This document shows, piece by piece, positions 35,893 to 51,185 of a stretch of 64,000 nucleotides of DNA; position 1 is the stretch's first letter; each line of letters opens with the position of its first letter. The notes under the pieces were generated by a model that made no database searches, was not told where the DNA came from, and saw nothing but the letters and a program-made list of their open reading frames with translations. The stretch comes from Eledone cirrhosa. Its lineage: Eukaryota. The position numbers and the translations under genes were made by a program. Location: positions 225,494,001-225,558,000 of the forward strand of contig OZ024741.1 in assembly GCA_964016885.1 (NCBI GenBank), in the 5' to 3' direction.

Positions 35893-37447
35893 TTCTTCTG
35901 GTTTTATAATTTCACAACCAAGAGAGAGAGAGTCGGTTTCTAACATAGACACAAGGCTCTCTCATCACAACTTCAACTAGGTAGATATGTATGTATGTGT
36001 AGATATGGATGTTATTGTGTGTGTGGATGTGTATGTTTTGAGTTGTATGTGTGCATGTGTATATGCTTTGCATCTGCACATGTGTATATGCAGTTATTAG
36101 ATGCAAAATCTTTGGAATGTTTTACATATTTGTACTGTTCCATTAATGGATTGTACTTGTAATTTCCTAACTAGTTGTGGTCTTTCTGTTCCTGTGAAGT
36201 CTATCTTCTCAAGATTTGTATTGGGGCAGTTACTAACATACCCCAGAGCCCCAATAATCACAGGCATAAATCTGAAGGTGTAATCAGGGTGGAGTATCTG
36301 CAGATTTCTCATCAGTTCTGCATAAATATTCTCCTTTTCACTAATATTTGATATTATATTGGCATCTGCTGGGCAGCTAATTTCCACTATTGTGCATGCT
36401 TTCTTCTCCCTGTCCCATATCATAATATCTGTTCTGTTATGCCTGCATTTTATTGGGGTTTTTACTGGAACATTCCACCAGTACTTTTTCATATTATGTA
36501 CATAGATGTCTTCCACATTGTTGTAGCTATTGCTGGGGCTATCTTTTTTACGAACTGCATTATACAGTGTTTTGGCCACTACATCATGCCTCATGGGTAG
36601 ATAGTACCGCGATGACACCTTTGGACAGCTGCTGATGACATGGGTGATATCCTCGATGTTAGTTCTGCAGAGTCTGCACTTGTTATCACATCTAGGTGTT
36701 TTGCCTGCATCTCTATCTCTTCTGTGAATCAGGTATTTCGTGTTAATCTCCTGTTCTTGGATTGCAAAAGCGTATTCTTCGAAGTGGGAGCCGATATAGC
36801 AGTTGTTGGTCCAAGATAGACTACTTTCCTTATCTATATTACTTTCACTCTGGAGCTTCCAGGCAATATAGCCATGCATGATTATTGCTGATAAGTATGC
36901 AGTTTTTCATCCATGGATTCACTGCGATACTGCTGAGCGACTTCCCTGGGTGTGAGCTTTTGATTATCACACAGGGAATATCTCTCGAGGAGTTCCTTCC
37001 CAACTCTCATGATCTTATCTGTTTCATGCAGATAGACTTGCTCGAGAAACGGGCTCCTACGCTTCGTGGTTCGTAGATGTTGTCGGAGAGATATGATGCG
37101 ACATTCAAATGTTGTCTGGACTGATGTTAGGCTTCTGCCTCCCTACTTACGTTTCCACTGTTGATGTGGAAGTTTCCGGTGTTGTTTAGCATTTTTCGAG
37201 TTCCATCATCAACTGCTCGGATTTCGTCTATCGTCCAATTGAGTATTCCAAACGTTGGTGTTAGGACAGGCATATCAAACACATTGTGAGTCACTGTTTT
37301 GTTTTGCGCAGAGAGTTCCGATGAGCAGATCTTTCTTAATCGGGTGTAGTATTCCCTGGTTACGCGTTGTTTATTACAGATACCATTATAGGATATGTTC
37401 TCATCTATCCCCAGGTATCAGTAGCACTCCTCATCAGTTATCGGTGA
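35893..37447 (-). mobile_element. R4/Dong family C, 5'-truncated (CCHC plus RLE region)
   Basis: CRLCRTNIEDITHVISSC, RHD, IMIWD...VEISCP; (ATGT)n at both ends. Confidence 0.9.
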
Positions 37448-37516
37448 ATGTATGTATGTATGTATGTATGTATGTATGTATGTATGTATGTATGTATGTA
37501 TGTATGTATGTATATT

Positions 37517-37580
37517 TATCTCTTTCTCTTAATTTCGAGTATATTTTCACCGGCCACCTTCCTGGTGGCAAGGTTGTAAA
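37517..37580 (-). mobile_element. R4/Dong family B extreme 3' end
   Basis: Matches 9746-9830; embedded in (ATGT)n. Confidence 0.8.
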
Positions 37581-37770
37581 AGAAAAGAAATTGTCATCCC
37601 ATGTATGTATGTATGTATGTATGTATGTATGTATGTATGTATGTATGTATGTATGTATGTATGTATTTATGTATGTATGTATGTATGTATGTATGTATGT
37701 ATGTATGTATGTATGTATGTATGCATGTTTGTATGTATGTATGTATGTATGTATCTATGTATGTATGTAT

Positions 37771-38136
37771 GTCAAGGCAGAATTCTAGGAGAAGGAAAAC
37801 TCTGATATAACACCTGCTACTTTGATGGTATCCAATGATGTTGACTTGTTCTTCTTTTTGGTAAATATCATCTTGGTTAAGAGAGTGGGACTGGCTTTGT
37901 GCAGTGCCTTTGCTCACTATAAAAGCTTCACAGCACAGCCATTGCTTTATATCTGGAGATCTCTCTGCACTTGTCGTCACCTGGTACCCTGGGCCCAGCA
38001 CTATGTGTCAATAATTGTCACAAGTGTAGTGTTTGTACCAGAGTTTTCAAGCCGTGGGCTGGACTAAAAATCACACTCGTTCAGCGATATAAAGTAGTGG
38101 CCGTACTCGTAAACGAGTTGGCAGCCACTATGTATG

Positions 38137-38170
<34 letters not shown>

Positions 38171-38184
38171 TGTATGTATGTATG

Positions 38185-38218
<34 letters not shown>

Positions 38219-38494
38219 TGTATGTATGCATGCATATATGTATATATGTATGTATATATATGTATGCTTCACGGCACAGGCATTGCTTTATATCTAGAGA
38301 TCTCTGCATTTGTCGTCACATTGTACCATGGGCCCAGCACTATATGTCAATAGTTGTCACAAGTGTAGTGTTTGTACCAGAGTTATCAAGTCGTTGGCTG
38401 GACTAAAAAGTCACACTCGTTCAGCGCATCGGTAGGGGTTCTCTTACATGGATATAAAGTAGTGGCTGTACTCGAAAACGAGTTGGCAGCGACC
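37771..38494 (+). mobile_element. Two 5'-truncated family A copies separated by (ATGT)n
   Basis: 37771-38128 and about 38265-38494 match the 3' parts of 18050-18657. Confidence 0.85.
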
Positions 38495-38582
38495 ATATAT
38501 GTATGAATGCATATATGTATATATGTATGCATGTATGTATATTCTTCTGGCTTTATAATTTCATAAATGTTTGCCATGAGTG

Positions 38583-38613
<31 letters not shown>

Positions 38614-38662
38614 TGTATGTATGTATGTATGTATGTATGTATGTATGTATGTATGTATGTAT

Positions 38663-39013
38663 GCGCGGGGACATAGAAATAGTCGGGAAGGAGACTCGAT
38701 CGTGCGGCTAAACCACTGGGAGTGAAGGACTCCTAGCCTTTGTCAGGGCATTCTTATAGGAGAAGGCAACTCAGGAAACTGGGATAACTCCGATATAAAA
38801 CCTGCGGCTCAGTAGTTATCGATGATGTTGATCTTTTCTTCTTTTCGGGTTATAGCTACTGTCGCTCAGAGAGTGGGACTGGCTCAGTGCACAGTCTTTC
38901 CTCACTTTAAAACATATCTTCACGCACAGGCATTGCCCGATAGAATTAATTAATAATTATTAATAATGGTATATCGTCCAATGGCCATACTCGATAACGA
39001 GGGGGCAGCCATC
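38663..39013 (+). mobile_element. Longest family B non-autonomous RTE derivative (about 350 bp)
   Basis: GGAGAAGGCAACTC motif, shared central domain, RTE tail; (ATGT)n on both sides. Confidence 0.85.
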
Positions 39014-39199
39014 TTCATGTATGCATGTATGTGTGTATGTATGTATGTATGTGTGTGTGGATGTATGTATGTGTGTATGTATGTATGTATGCATGCATGC
39101 ATATATGTATATATATGTATGTATGTAGATATGTATGTAAAAGGTAAACAGAAATAACAACACAATCGGTACAGTATATGGATGGTATATATTAGGTTA

Positions 39200-40810
<1,611 letters not shown>

Positions 40811-41189
40811 GGGGGGGGGGGGGGGGGTAGGTGAGAGGAGGAGATGAGCTCGTGGATGGTGGAGGACACGAGTTGTTGGTAGCCAGGAGTGGGGTCGGAG
40901 AATAAAGGGTGGTTGCATAGATGCTATTGCATGTGTGGAGTTGTATGTTTTTAAATGTTTGTGCACATACACACGTTTGTGTGTTTACGTGTGTATGTAA
41001 ATTTAGCCTGTAGTATATGTATATACTACAGTCATAGAAAGTATTACAGTTCGATGACTGTCATGCGTGATTTCTTAATTACCCATGTTCTTTGTGGTTT
41101 TCTGACGCCGATCTTATACGTCGGATATCTTCACTATTGTCTTTCTCCTTGTAGACTGATGTTGTGTCTCTCTACAGTTAAGATATGTC

Positions 41190-41450
41190 ACCACGGTACC
41201 AGCACCTGGGGAAAATACCATCAGATACATTTGGGAAGAGAAAGATACCAGAATAACCACAAACATCACATGGACTGTTATAGACAGGAAACAAGGAAAC
41301 AGAAACCGATCCAAAGTCTGTTTTTTATGCCTCACGGAGGAACCGTATACCCCCTAACAAGTCCCAATCCTAAACGAAAGATCCAAAACTCAACTCAAAA
41401 TGCCGGCCTATAACACCGTTCCTGCTGACCAACTTCAAAACAAAAACCCT
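41190..41450 (+). mobile_element. Penelope-like C-terminal fragment
   Basis: Frameshifted RYIWEEKD...ITWTVID...CFLCLTE...LNERSK...SKCRP...FLLTNFK, parallel to 54845-55162. Confidence 0.6.
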
Positions 41451-41822
41451 TCCTCTCTCGATATTTGACTAAAATAACGGACATATAGACGATAGATGCA
41501 ACCCCGTGACTAGCTCCATATTCGACGATATTATCAGTTGCGCAACCATCCATGAAAGTAACTCTAAACCTGAAGCACATGCTGAAAGAAAAACGAACGT
41601 TATCAAAATCAAAACCAATTAGGTGTCTAACCACCGCATCAACCACATGACCAATCAAAAGCGACTAACATTTTTAAATATGCTGGCCACCATTCTATTA
41701 AAGTATTTCAGACTCATACATGATTACAGTTCGTGCCAGTCAACTGTGAGAAACTTTTCTGTACAAAGTAATAAACTTTGTAGCCAACATAATTATATAA
41801 ATCTTAGATAAAGGGCCGTATC

Positions 41823-41863
<41 letters not shown>

Positions 41864-42171
41864 CTATACACACAGACACAGACACACACACAGAGATATA
41901 TATATATACCCACACGAAGTCGCACTGATTAACGTATGTGTGCACTCTAGCCAGTTGGATTTCAATTTTAATAATACAAACTTAATTGGTTATTCTGTGA
42001 GGAAACGACTGAAGCTATGTCCATTTTATTGGAGCTTCGTCTCTTAATCTATACATACACACATACATAGACACATACATACATACATACATACATACAT
42101 ACATACATACATACATACATACATACATACATACATACATACATACATACATACATACATACATACATACA

Positions 42172-42994
42172 TAGTGGCTGCCAACTCGTATTCGAGTACG
42201 ACGACTACTTTATATCCATGTAGGAGAACCCCTACCGATGCGCTGAACGAGTGACTTTTTAGTCCAGCCAGCGACTTGAAAACTCTGGTACAAACACTAC
42301 ACTTGTGATAATTATTGACACATAGTGCTGGGCCCATGGTACCATGTAACGACAAGTGCAGAGAGATCTCCAGATATAAAGCAATGCCTGTGTCCTGAAG
42401 CTTTTATAGTGAGCAAAGGCACTGCACAAAGCCAGTCCCACTCTCTTAACCAAGATGATATTTACCAAAAAGAAGAACAAGTCAACATCATTGGATACCA
42501 TCAGGGCTGCAGGTGTTATATCAGAGTTTTCCTTCTCCTAGAATTCTGCCTTGACAAAGGCTAAGGGGTCATCTCATACATACATACATGGTGGCTGCCA
42601 ACTCGTTTTCGAGTACGGCCACTACTTTATATCTATGTAGGAGAACCCCTACCGATGCACTGAACGAGTGTGACTTTTTAGTCCAGCCAGCGACTTGAAA
42701 ACTCTGGTACAAACACTACACCTGTGACAATTATTGACACATAGTGCTGGGCCCTTGGTACCATGTGACGACAAGTGCAGAGAGATCTCCAGATATAAAG
42801 CAATGCCTGTGCCGTGAAGCTTTTATAGTGAGCAAAGGCACTGCACAAAGCCAGTCCCACTCTCTTAACCAAGATGATATTTACCAAAAAGAAGAACAAG
42901 TCAACATCATTGGATACCATCAGGGTTGCAGGTGTTATATCAGAGTTTTCCTTCTCCTAGAATTCTGCCTTGACAAAGGCTAAGGGGTCATCTC
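42172..42994 (-). mobile_element. Two tandem 5'-truncated family A copies in (ACAT)n
   Basis: 42172-42575 and 42589-42994 are reverse complements of the family A 3' 400 bp, truncated at essentially the same point. Confidence 0.88.
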
Positions 42995-43050
42995 ACATAC
43001 ATACATACATACATACATACATGCATACATACATACATACATACATACAT

Positions 43051-43300
43051 GATGGCTGCAAACTCTCCGAAGGGTACTGCAATTGCTTGTCAGATTATAG
43101 AGTTTGGTGCACCTTTATGCTACGGCCAACCACACAAACCTGTAACATATCCTGAACAAGCAATGCCTGTGCTTTGAAGAATCTTTTAAGTAGGGAAAGG
43201 CCTTGCACTCGACAAATCCCACTCTCTGAGCATCGAAAACACTACCCGAAAAGAAGAACTGATCAATATCATCGAATGCTTCCGATGCCGTAGGTTTTTC
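43051..43300 (-). mobile_element. Third RTE-derived non-autonomous family (C)
   Basis: Diverged version of the shared central domain and a variant tail ending GCAGCCATC plus (ATGT)n. Confidence 0.7.
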
Positions 43301-43322
43301 ATACATACATACATATATACAT

Positions 43323-43397
43323 GATGGCTGCCCCCTCATTATCGAGTATAGCCATTGCACGAGAAAAAAAAAAGAAAAGAAAAAATATATATATATG

Positions 43398-43429
<32 letters not shown>

Positions 43430-45940
43430 CACACACATACATACATATATATATATACATACACATACATACATACAAGCTCGATCAATATATATACATA
43501 CACATACACATACATACATACAAGCTCGATCAATATATATACATACACATACACATACATACATACAAGCTCGATCAAGAATACCACGAGCTTGCTAGTC
43601 ATGTAAGTCTGATATTTGATTTCGGATTCAAAGAAACACTTTAAACGATTAATCGTTTGATTTGTCCAGGTGTATTTTTCTCAACCTGATTAGTTCTATC
43701 GTTACTTTGGTCTATATTGTGTGTTAGATTCGCCTACCACAATGTTCGATTTGTCAAGCTAATTAAACGTATGTTATTACTCTAAGGCCACAACTTATCG
43801 AGTGCTTTGCTAACTCATCATTTCATATAAGTAGGCCGAATTTACTTGCAAACCCCCAGAGATTCGATTTTACTATTTTCCAATTATAAATACACATATA
43901 TATATCTACATACACATATATTAATAACAATAATAATAATAACAACAAAAATAATAACGACAACAACAACAATAATAATATACATATACATATATATATA
44001 TACACACACACGCACACACATAAACATATCTATACACACACACACACACGATAGCAACTAACAGCGCTGCGATCGAGTGTGGCTTTTTAGCCCAGCCAAT
44101 GATCTAAAATGTCTTGCACAGAGTCGGCAACCAAAACATTCGCTGGGAATAGCCGGCTGTGGTTGGAGTTTATGTACTTTTGCATACGCTTGAGCCCTCC
44201 TGCTGATTTACATTCTCTACCACATGCTTGGCAAGCATGATGAGTAGCATCTCCAACAGCACCTGGTAGTCAACCACTGGTCTTACTTTATGACTGCGAA
44301 GATGACTTTCGAGTCCAGCTTTGTTTAGGCAGAGGCTCGCACAGACGCTGCATGTCAGCGCCTTTCCTCACATCCCGCTTTACTTTCTCGTATGCGATTC
44401 GAGATGCCTCAAAGGCAACTTTTCCCTCATATACAGTCTTTCTCCATTTATTACGATCAGCAGCAATATTTTCCCATGTATCAGCAGAGATGTTAGCCTC
44501 TTTCAAAGAGACTTTCAAGGAATCCTTTTACCTCTTTTTGGTTTATGTGGCGGTCGTTTTCGTTTAACTAACTCTCCATAAAAGAGTTGTTTTGGTATTC
44601 TAGAATCCTTCATCCTGGCAAGGTGACCACTCCAACGGAGTCGTTGCTTAAGCACAAGAGCTTCTATACTGTCACACATAGAGCTTTCCAAAATCTCGAC
44701 ATCACTGACGTGGTCCCTCTAGTGAAAGCCATGGATCCGTCTGAGACACATCTGATGGAAACGCTCCAGCTGCTTAAGGTGGTGTCGATATGTGACCCAG
44801 GTCTCGTAGGCATAAAGAAGACAAGAGAGCATACATGCCTTGTACACCTTTACCTTTGTCCTCCTGCATATGTCTCGCCGACCCCAGAGTCGCCTTTCTA
44901 GCTTTCCGAAAGCATCACTTGCTTTCCTAATCCTAAGTGAGATTTCACTATCAAGGTTGCTGTATCGATTGACAGTGCTTCCCAGGTAGACAAACTGATC
45001 AACCACTCCAAGTCGTTTACCATACACATAGATATTTGGTTCAGTGTACTGCTTACCAGGGGCAGGTTGGTACATGACGACGGTTTTCTTGAGACTGACA
45101 GTCAATCCTAGGGCAGTGCAAGCGTCAGAAAATGCATTCAAAATGTGTTGCATATCACTCTCTGTGTGCGCTACAAGATCGCAATCATCTGCATACAAGA
45201 GGTCTCTTGTGATTGATGTAAATACTTTTGTCTTTGCAGCAAAGCGTCTGATGTTAAATATGCTGCCTGAGGTTCGATATCGGATGTAAACACCATGCTC
45301 GCAATTCCTGAATGCAATACAGAAACCATTGCAAAGTATATGGCAAACAGGGTCGGTGCTGGAATATCCCCCTGTTTCACTTCAATTTTTACTGAGATAG
45401 GCTCCGACATGTTACCTCCGACATTAACCCAAGCCTTCATGTCGTCATGGAAAGATCTAACTAAAGCAACGAACTTATCAGGGCAACCAAGTTTTTGGAG
45501 AACCTTCCATAATACATCTCTGTTAACAGTATCGAAAGCTTTTGTCAGATCGACAAAAACCTGATACAGGTCCAAACCTTGTTCCATGCACTTCTCCTGG
45601 AGCTGTCTAGCTGAGAAGATCATATCAGTAGTGCCGCGGCCAGCACGAAAACCAGATTGACTTTCAGGAAGAACACAATCTGCAATGTGTGTCAGCTGAC
45701 GGTCTAGAAACACCCTACATAAAACTTTCCCTACGACAGAAAGCAATGATATACCTCTGTAGTTCCCACAAGCATTCCTGTTACCCTTTCCTTGTACAAG
45801 GCCACCATTACTGTATCTCTCCAGTTTTCAGGTACGGATTCATTAGCCGATATCCTGCCAAACAAAGAGTGAAGATGTTGCAGGAGTCTCTCACTACCAT
45901 ATTGTAGGAGCTCAGCATGTATGCCATCCATACCTGGAGA
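43323..45940 (-). mobile_element. Longest RTE/BovB-type LINE copy (RT domain to 3' end; 3' UTR interrupted at about 43470-43900)
   Basis: SPGMDGIHAELL, LPESQSGFRAGRGTTDMIF, FVDLTKAFDTV, VKQGD, YADD, zinc fingers to about 44060, tail at 43323-43362. Confidence 0.92.
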
Positions 45941-46063
45941 GGTATGGATGGCATACATACATACATGCATACATACCATACATGTATATATATATATATA
46001 TACCACACACAAAAACAAGATGGGGTAAGGCAGAACAAAGGAGAGACACAAAATAAAAGCCTA

Positions 46064-46106
46064 GTCACTGAGGAGGTCACAGAATGTGTGACGAAAGAGA
46101 TTTGAC
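46064..46106 (+). ncRNA. Hammerhead-like motif
   Basis: GTCA-CTGAGGA-G-GTCACA-GAATG-TGTGAC-GAAA-GAGATT-TGAC; stem III is poor. Confidence 0.45.
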
Positions 46107-46287
46107 AATATATAAACAACCTTCCCCTTATCGAACCAACCAACCAACAAACCAACCGGAAATTTATAATAAATTGAAGTGAAAACCATGGGGTGCGTGT
46201 GTTTTTGTTGGCAGCATGACCCTTCCAAAGTATAACAATATCTGTTTCAACACACGTTTTCAGATAAGAAATCTTGCAAAACAAATC

Positions 46288-46660
46288 TGAAACTAACAAA
46301 GTCAATCTGTAAACGCAGAAGTGGATATTTAAAAAAAACGTTGCAACCGGAGGAAGACAGGAAGACGATACTTTGGTTCGTGGAAACGTTCCCTGGCAAA
46401 GAACGGGAAAAACGAATATAATACGTCATTAATAGGAGCGGTGAAAAACAATTACACGCAAAGAGAGGACCACGTTTATGGTATAATAGAGGTCGTAGAC
46501 TAATGTTCTCTATGGTGGTTCATAGAGACGTTCTCTGGCAATGAACGGAAAAAACGAAGATAATACGTCATATGTGGGGCGTGGAGAACAATTGCACGCA
46601 AAGACAAAACCACGTAAATGGTATAGCAGAAGTCGTAGACTAAAATTCTAACTAGGAAAC
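46288..46660 (+). mobile_element. Dispersed repeat shared with the arms flanking the Penelope fragment at 54530-56165
   Basis: CTGAAACTAACAAAGTCAATCTG... with an internal duplication of about 130 bp; near-identical to 54559-54847. Confidence 0.75.
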
Positions 46661-47157
46661 CGGAGAAAGAGAAAGATAGAGAAGGAGAGAGAAAGAAAGA
46701 GAAAGAGAGAGAGAAAGAGAGAAAGACCAGAACAACAGAGAGAGAAAGATAGAGAGAGAGGAGACAGAGAAAAGGGGAGAGAACGAAAAACTCTAAGTCA
46801 TAACTTGTTGAGTTAACTTAATAATTGAGATGAAATGAATAAATAAAATTAGAAATGTTAATAATCATGAATGGAATATACATATATAATATGAGAAATT
46901 TAACCATTGTTTAAAGATGTTTAGTTAATCATTTAAATATTGAGATCAATATATTAAAAATTGAGATCTACATATTATATAACACGTATACACACGCAAA
47001 AATACATACATATAAATATATATACACACTTATAAAATACATATACATATCTAATTACGTATATAATATATACACACAAAACATAAAGGATTCTTTAATT
47101 TAATTTAAGATATAGGAATCTTATAAAATGTTATAATTGTTAAGATATTAAAGGAAA

Positions 47158-47340
47158 TTTTATGTTATACACACTTTATGTTATTAAACAGATTTTTTAT
47201 ATAAGTTTTATAAGATTATAGTGATTATCTCAAGATTCGTGACAGATAGACATATAATAACAGCCATAAATACATAACAGGTAATCTTATAAACTTATAT
47301 AAACATTTTGTTTAATAACAAAGTGTGTATAACATAAAAT
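47158..47340. repeat. AT-rich imperfect palindrome
   Basis: TTTTATGTTATACACACTT...TAAGATTA versus TAATCTTA...AAGTGTGTATAACATAAAA. Confidence 0.75.
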
Positions 47341-47552
47341 TTTGATGAAAGCACACCATAATTTAACTTGGTGTCCTTGAAATATGTATAATGAAATAAA
47401 TATGGTTTTATAAATATAGTTTCCATTTCTTAATATCGTATTTTTACTCCAAATATTTGTTGAGTGCTTTATATCAGTTATAAAAATATTTGCTTGTTGT
47501 ATCCCAACAATTTAAATAGAACTTTTACATATAAATATATATATATATATAC

Positions 47553-47638
<86 letters not shown>

Positions 47639-48381
47639 AACACGCACAAACACACACACATATATATTTTTAGAAGTGCGGAGACCATATTGTATATCCA
47701 CCTGCCGACGAGCCCTCTGCAATATGTAATCTTCACTTTTTGTGGCGAAATATACTCTAATTTGAACATGTCCAGATGTAATAGTTAATGGTTTAATTTA
47801 TTCTTTTAATTGATCTGTATTAGCCTTTCCTTTCATAGACATATGTTCAACACACTGGTGGTTTTCTATCCCCTATGATTAAACACATACCTCTATCTGT
47901 ACTTCTCTTTATATACTGAATATATTCCTTGAGCTCATTAAATTATAGGGGATTAACTTGAATCTATAACTTGTTTTTTTTTTTATTTTATACACACATA
48001 CATATATATACATATAAACAGTAAATACCTATATTTATTTATATATTTCTTCTATTTAAACGTCCGTATAGAGCTAGTAAGCTATGACAGACTATGGGGC
48101 AGTATAGAATACTCCTTACAGTTGGTAATCAAAAAGAGTTAGTGAAACAATTAAATAAAAAAAACTAAAAAAAGGGAAAAAAAAGGATTTTAAATATTGA
48201 AGGCCACACGGAAGAAAATGAAATAGAAAAGAGGAAAGAAGGGAAGCTGTAAAACAGCTAGAGGTTTCTGTTGTTGAATATTTCCTAGCTTCCATGTACT
48301 ATATAGGTGTGCAATTTTCACGCGAATTAATGTGAGTATATAATTATATGTTATACATGTATATGGATTCACGGAAAATAT

Positions 48382-48720
48382 CTTCTTCTTCTTCTTCTTC
48401 TTCTTCTTCTTCTTCTTCTTCTTCTTCTTCTTGAGAGGGCCATGGAGGCAGAGACATGAAACACTACTTCCAGCGGGTCCTCTCAGAAGCAAACATCCCC
48501 AACTGATCCAGCTGGAACCTCAAGTGAGACCAGCCAAGTTCATGGATATTATCTAACCATCTTGCTCGGGGTTTACCCCTGGGTCTTCTGCCGGTTTGTT
48601 TTGCCCGTAAAATCTGTCCAGCGATTCTTTGCTGAGACTTTCTAACCATATGCTCATAGTATCAGAGCTGTGATCTTTCAATTTGGAGAAGTAGCAGCTC
48701 TACCTGGAGTGACTCTCTGA
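48382..48720 (-). mobile_element. 3' end of a second RTE-type LINE with (AAG)n tail
   Basis: IRESLQVELLLLQIERSQL..YEHMVRKSQQRIA...GRRPRGKPRARWLDNI...ASERTRWK; (TTC)n at 48382-48430. Confidence 0.85.
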
Positions 48721-51185
48721 TCTCAGAGCTACTTAATCCGCCCAGCGATTATTTTCTGAGACATTCTAACCACATGCCCATCAGAGCTGTGATCTTTCAA
48801 TTTGGAGAAGTAGCAGCTCTACCTGGAGTGACTCTCTGATCTCAGAGCTACTTAATCCGCCCAGCCATTATTTTCTGAGACATTCTAACCACATGCCCAT
48901 CAGAGCTGTGATCTTTCAATTTGGAGAAGTAGCAGCTCTACCTGGAGTGACTCTCTGATCTCAGAGCTACTTAATCCGCCCAGCCATTATTTTCTGAGAC
49001 CTTCTAACCACATGCCCATCAGAGCTGTGATCTTTCAATTTGGAGAAGTAGCAGCTCTACCTGGAGTGACTCTCTGATCTCAGAGCTACTTAATCCGCCC
49101 AGCGATTATTTTCTGAGACATTCTAACCACATGCCCATCAGAGCGGTGATCTTTCAATTTGGAGAAGTAGCAGCTCTACCTGGAGTGACTCTCTGATCTC
49201 AGAGCTACTTAATCCGCCCAGCGATTATTTTCTGAGACATTCTAACCACATGCCCATCAGAGCTGTGATCTTTCAATTTGGAGAAGTAGCAGCTCTACCT
49301 GGAGTGACTCTCTGATCTCAGAGCTACTTAATCCGCCCAGCGATTATTTTCTGAGACATTCTAACCAGATGCCCATCAGAGCTGTGATCTTTCAATTTGG
49401 AGAAGTAGCAGCTCTACCTGGAGTGACTCTCTAATCTCAGAGCTACTTAATCCGCCCAGCGATTATTTTCTGAGACATTCTAACCAAATGCCCATCAGAG
49501 CTGTGATCTTTCAATTTGGAGAAGTAGCAGCTCTACCTGGAGTGACTCTCTGATCTCAGAGCTACTTAATCCGCCCAGCGATTATTTTCTGAGACATTCT
49601 AACCACATGCCCATCAGAGCGGTGATCTTTCAATTTGGAGAAGTAGCAGCTCTACCTGGAGTGACTCTCTGATCTCAGAGCTACTTAATCCGCCCAGCGA
49701 TTATTTTCTGAGACATTCTAACCACATGCCCATCAGAGCGGTGATCTTTCAATTTGGAGAAGTAGCAGCTCTACCTGGAGTGACTCTCTTATCTCAGAGC
49801 TACTTAATCCGCCCAGCGATTATTTTCTGAGACATTCTAACCACATGCCCATCAGAGCGGTGATCTTTCAATTTGGAGAAGTAGCAGCTCTACCTGGAGT
49901 GACTCTCTGATCTCAGAGCTACTTAATCCGCCCAGCGATTATTTTCTGAGACATTCTAACCACATGCCCATCAGAGCGGTGATCTTTCAATTTGGAGAAG
50001 TAGCAGCTCTACCTGGAGTGACTCTCTGATCTCAGAGCTACTTAATCCGCCCAGCGATTATTTTCTGAGACATTCTAACCACATGCCCATCAGAGCGGTG
50101 ATCTTTCAATTTGGAGAAGTAGCAGCTCTACCTGGAGTGACTCTCTGATCTCAGAGCTACTTAATCCGCCCAGCCATTATTTTCTGAGACATTCTAACCA
50201 CATGCCCATCAGAGCTGTGATCTTTCAATTTGGAGAAGTAGCAGCTCTACCTGGAGTGACTCTCTGATCTCAGAGCTACTTAATCCGCCCAGCGATTATT
50301 TTCTGAGACATTCTAACCACATGCCCATCAGAGCGGTGATCTTTCAATTTGGAGAAGTAGCAGCTCTACCTGGAGTGACTCTCTGATCTCAGAGCTACTT
50401 AATCCGCCCAGCCATTATTTTCTGAGACATTCTAACCACATGCCCATCAGAGCTGTGATCTTTCAATTTGGAGAAGTAGCAGCTCTACCTGGAGTGACTC
50501 TCTGATCTCAGAGCTACTTAATCCGCCCAGCGATTATTTTCTGAGACATTCTAACCAAATGCCCATCAGAGCTGTGATCTTTCAATTTGGAGAAGTAGCA
50601 GCTCTACCTGGAGTGACTCTCTGATCTCAGAGCTACTTAATCCGCCCAGCGATTATTTTCTGAGACATTCTAACCACATGCCCATCAGAGCTGTGATCTT
50701 TCAATTTGGAGAAGTAGCAGCTCTACCTGGAGTGACTCTCTGATCTCAGAGCTACTTAATCCGCCCAGCGATTATTTTCTGAGACATTCTAACCACATGC
50801 CCATCAGAGCTGTGATCTTTCAATTTGGAGAAGTAGCAGCTCTACCTGGAGTGACTCTCTGATCTCAGAGCTACTTAATCCGCCCAGCGATTATTTTCTG
50901 AGACATTCTAACCACATGCCCATCAGAGCTGTGATCTTTCAATTTGGAGAAGTAGCAGCTCTACCTGGAGTGACTCTCTGATCTCAGAGCTACTTAATCC
51001 GCCCAGCGATTATTTTCTGAGACATTCTAACCACATGCCCATCAGAGCTGTGATCTTTCAATTTGGAGAAGTAGCAGCTCTACCTGGAGTGACTCTCTGA
51101 TCTCAGAGCTACTTAATCTGCCCAGCGATTATTTTCTGAGACCTTCTAACCACATGCCCATCAGAGCTGTGATCTTTCAATTTGG
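48661..51185. repeat. 119-bp tandem array, about 21 copies, derived from the adjacent RTE ORF
   Basis: ATCAGAGCTGTG at 48661, 48780, 48899... with period 119. Confidence 0.95.

Noticed and set aside
48661-51185. CRISPR-like regular array
   Set aside because: No unique spacers; whole 119-bp units repeat and derive from a LINE; eukaryotic context
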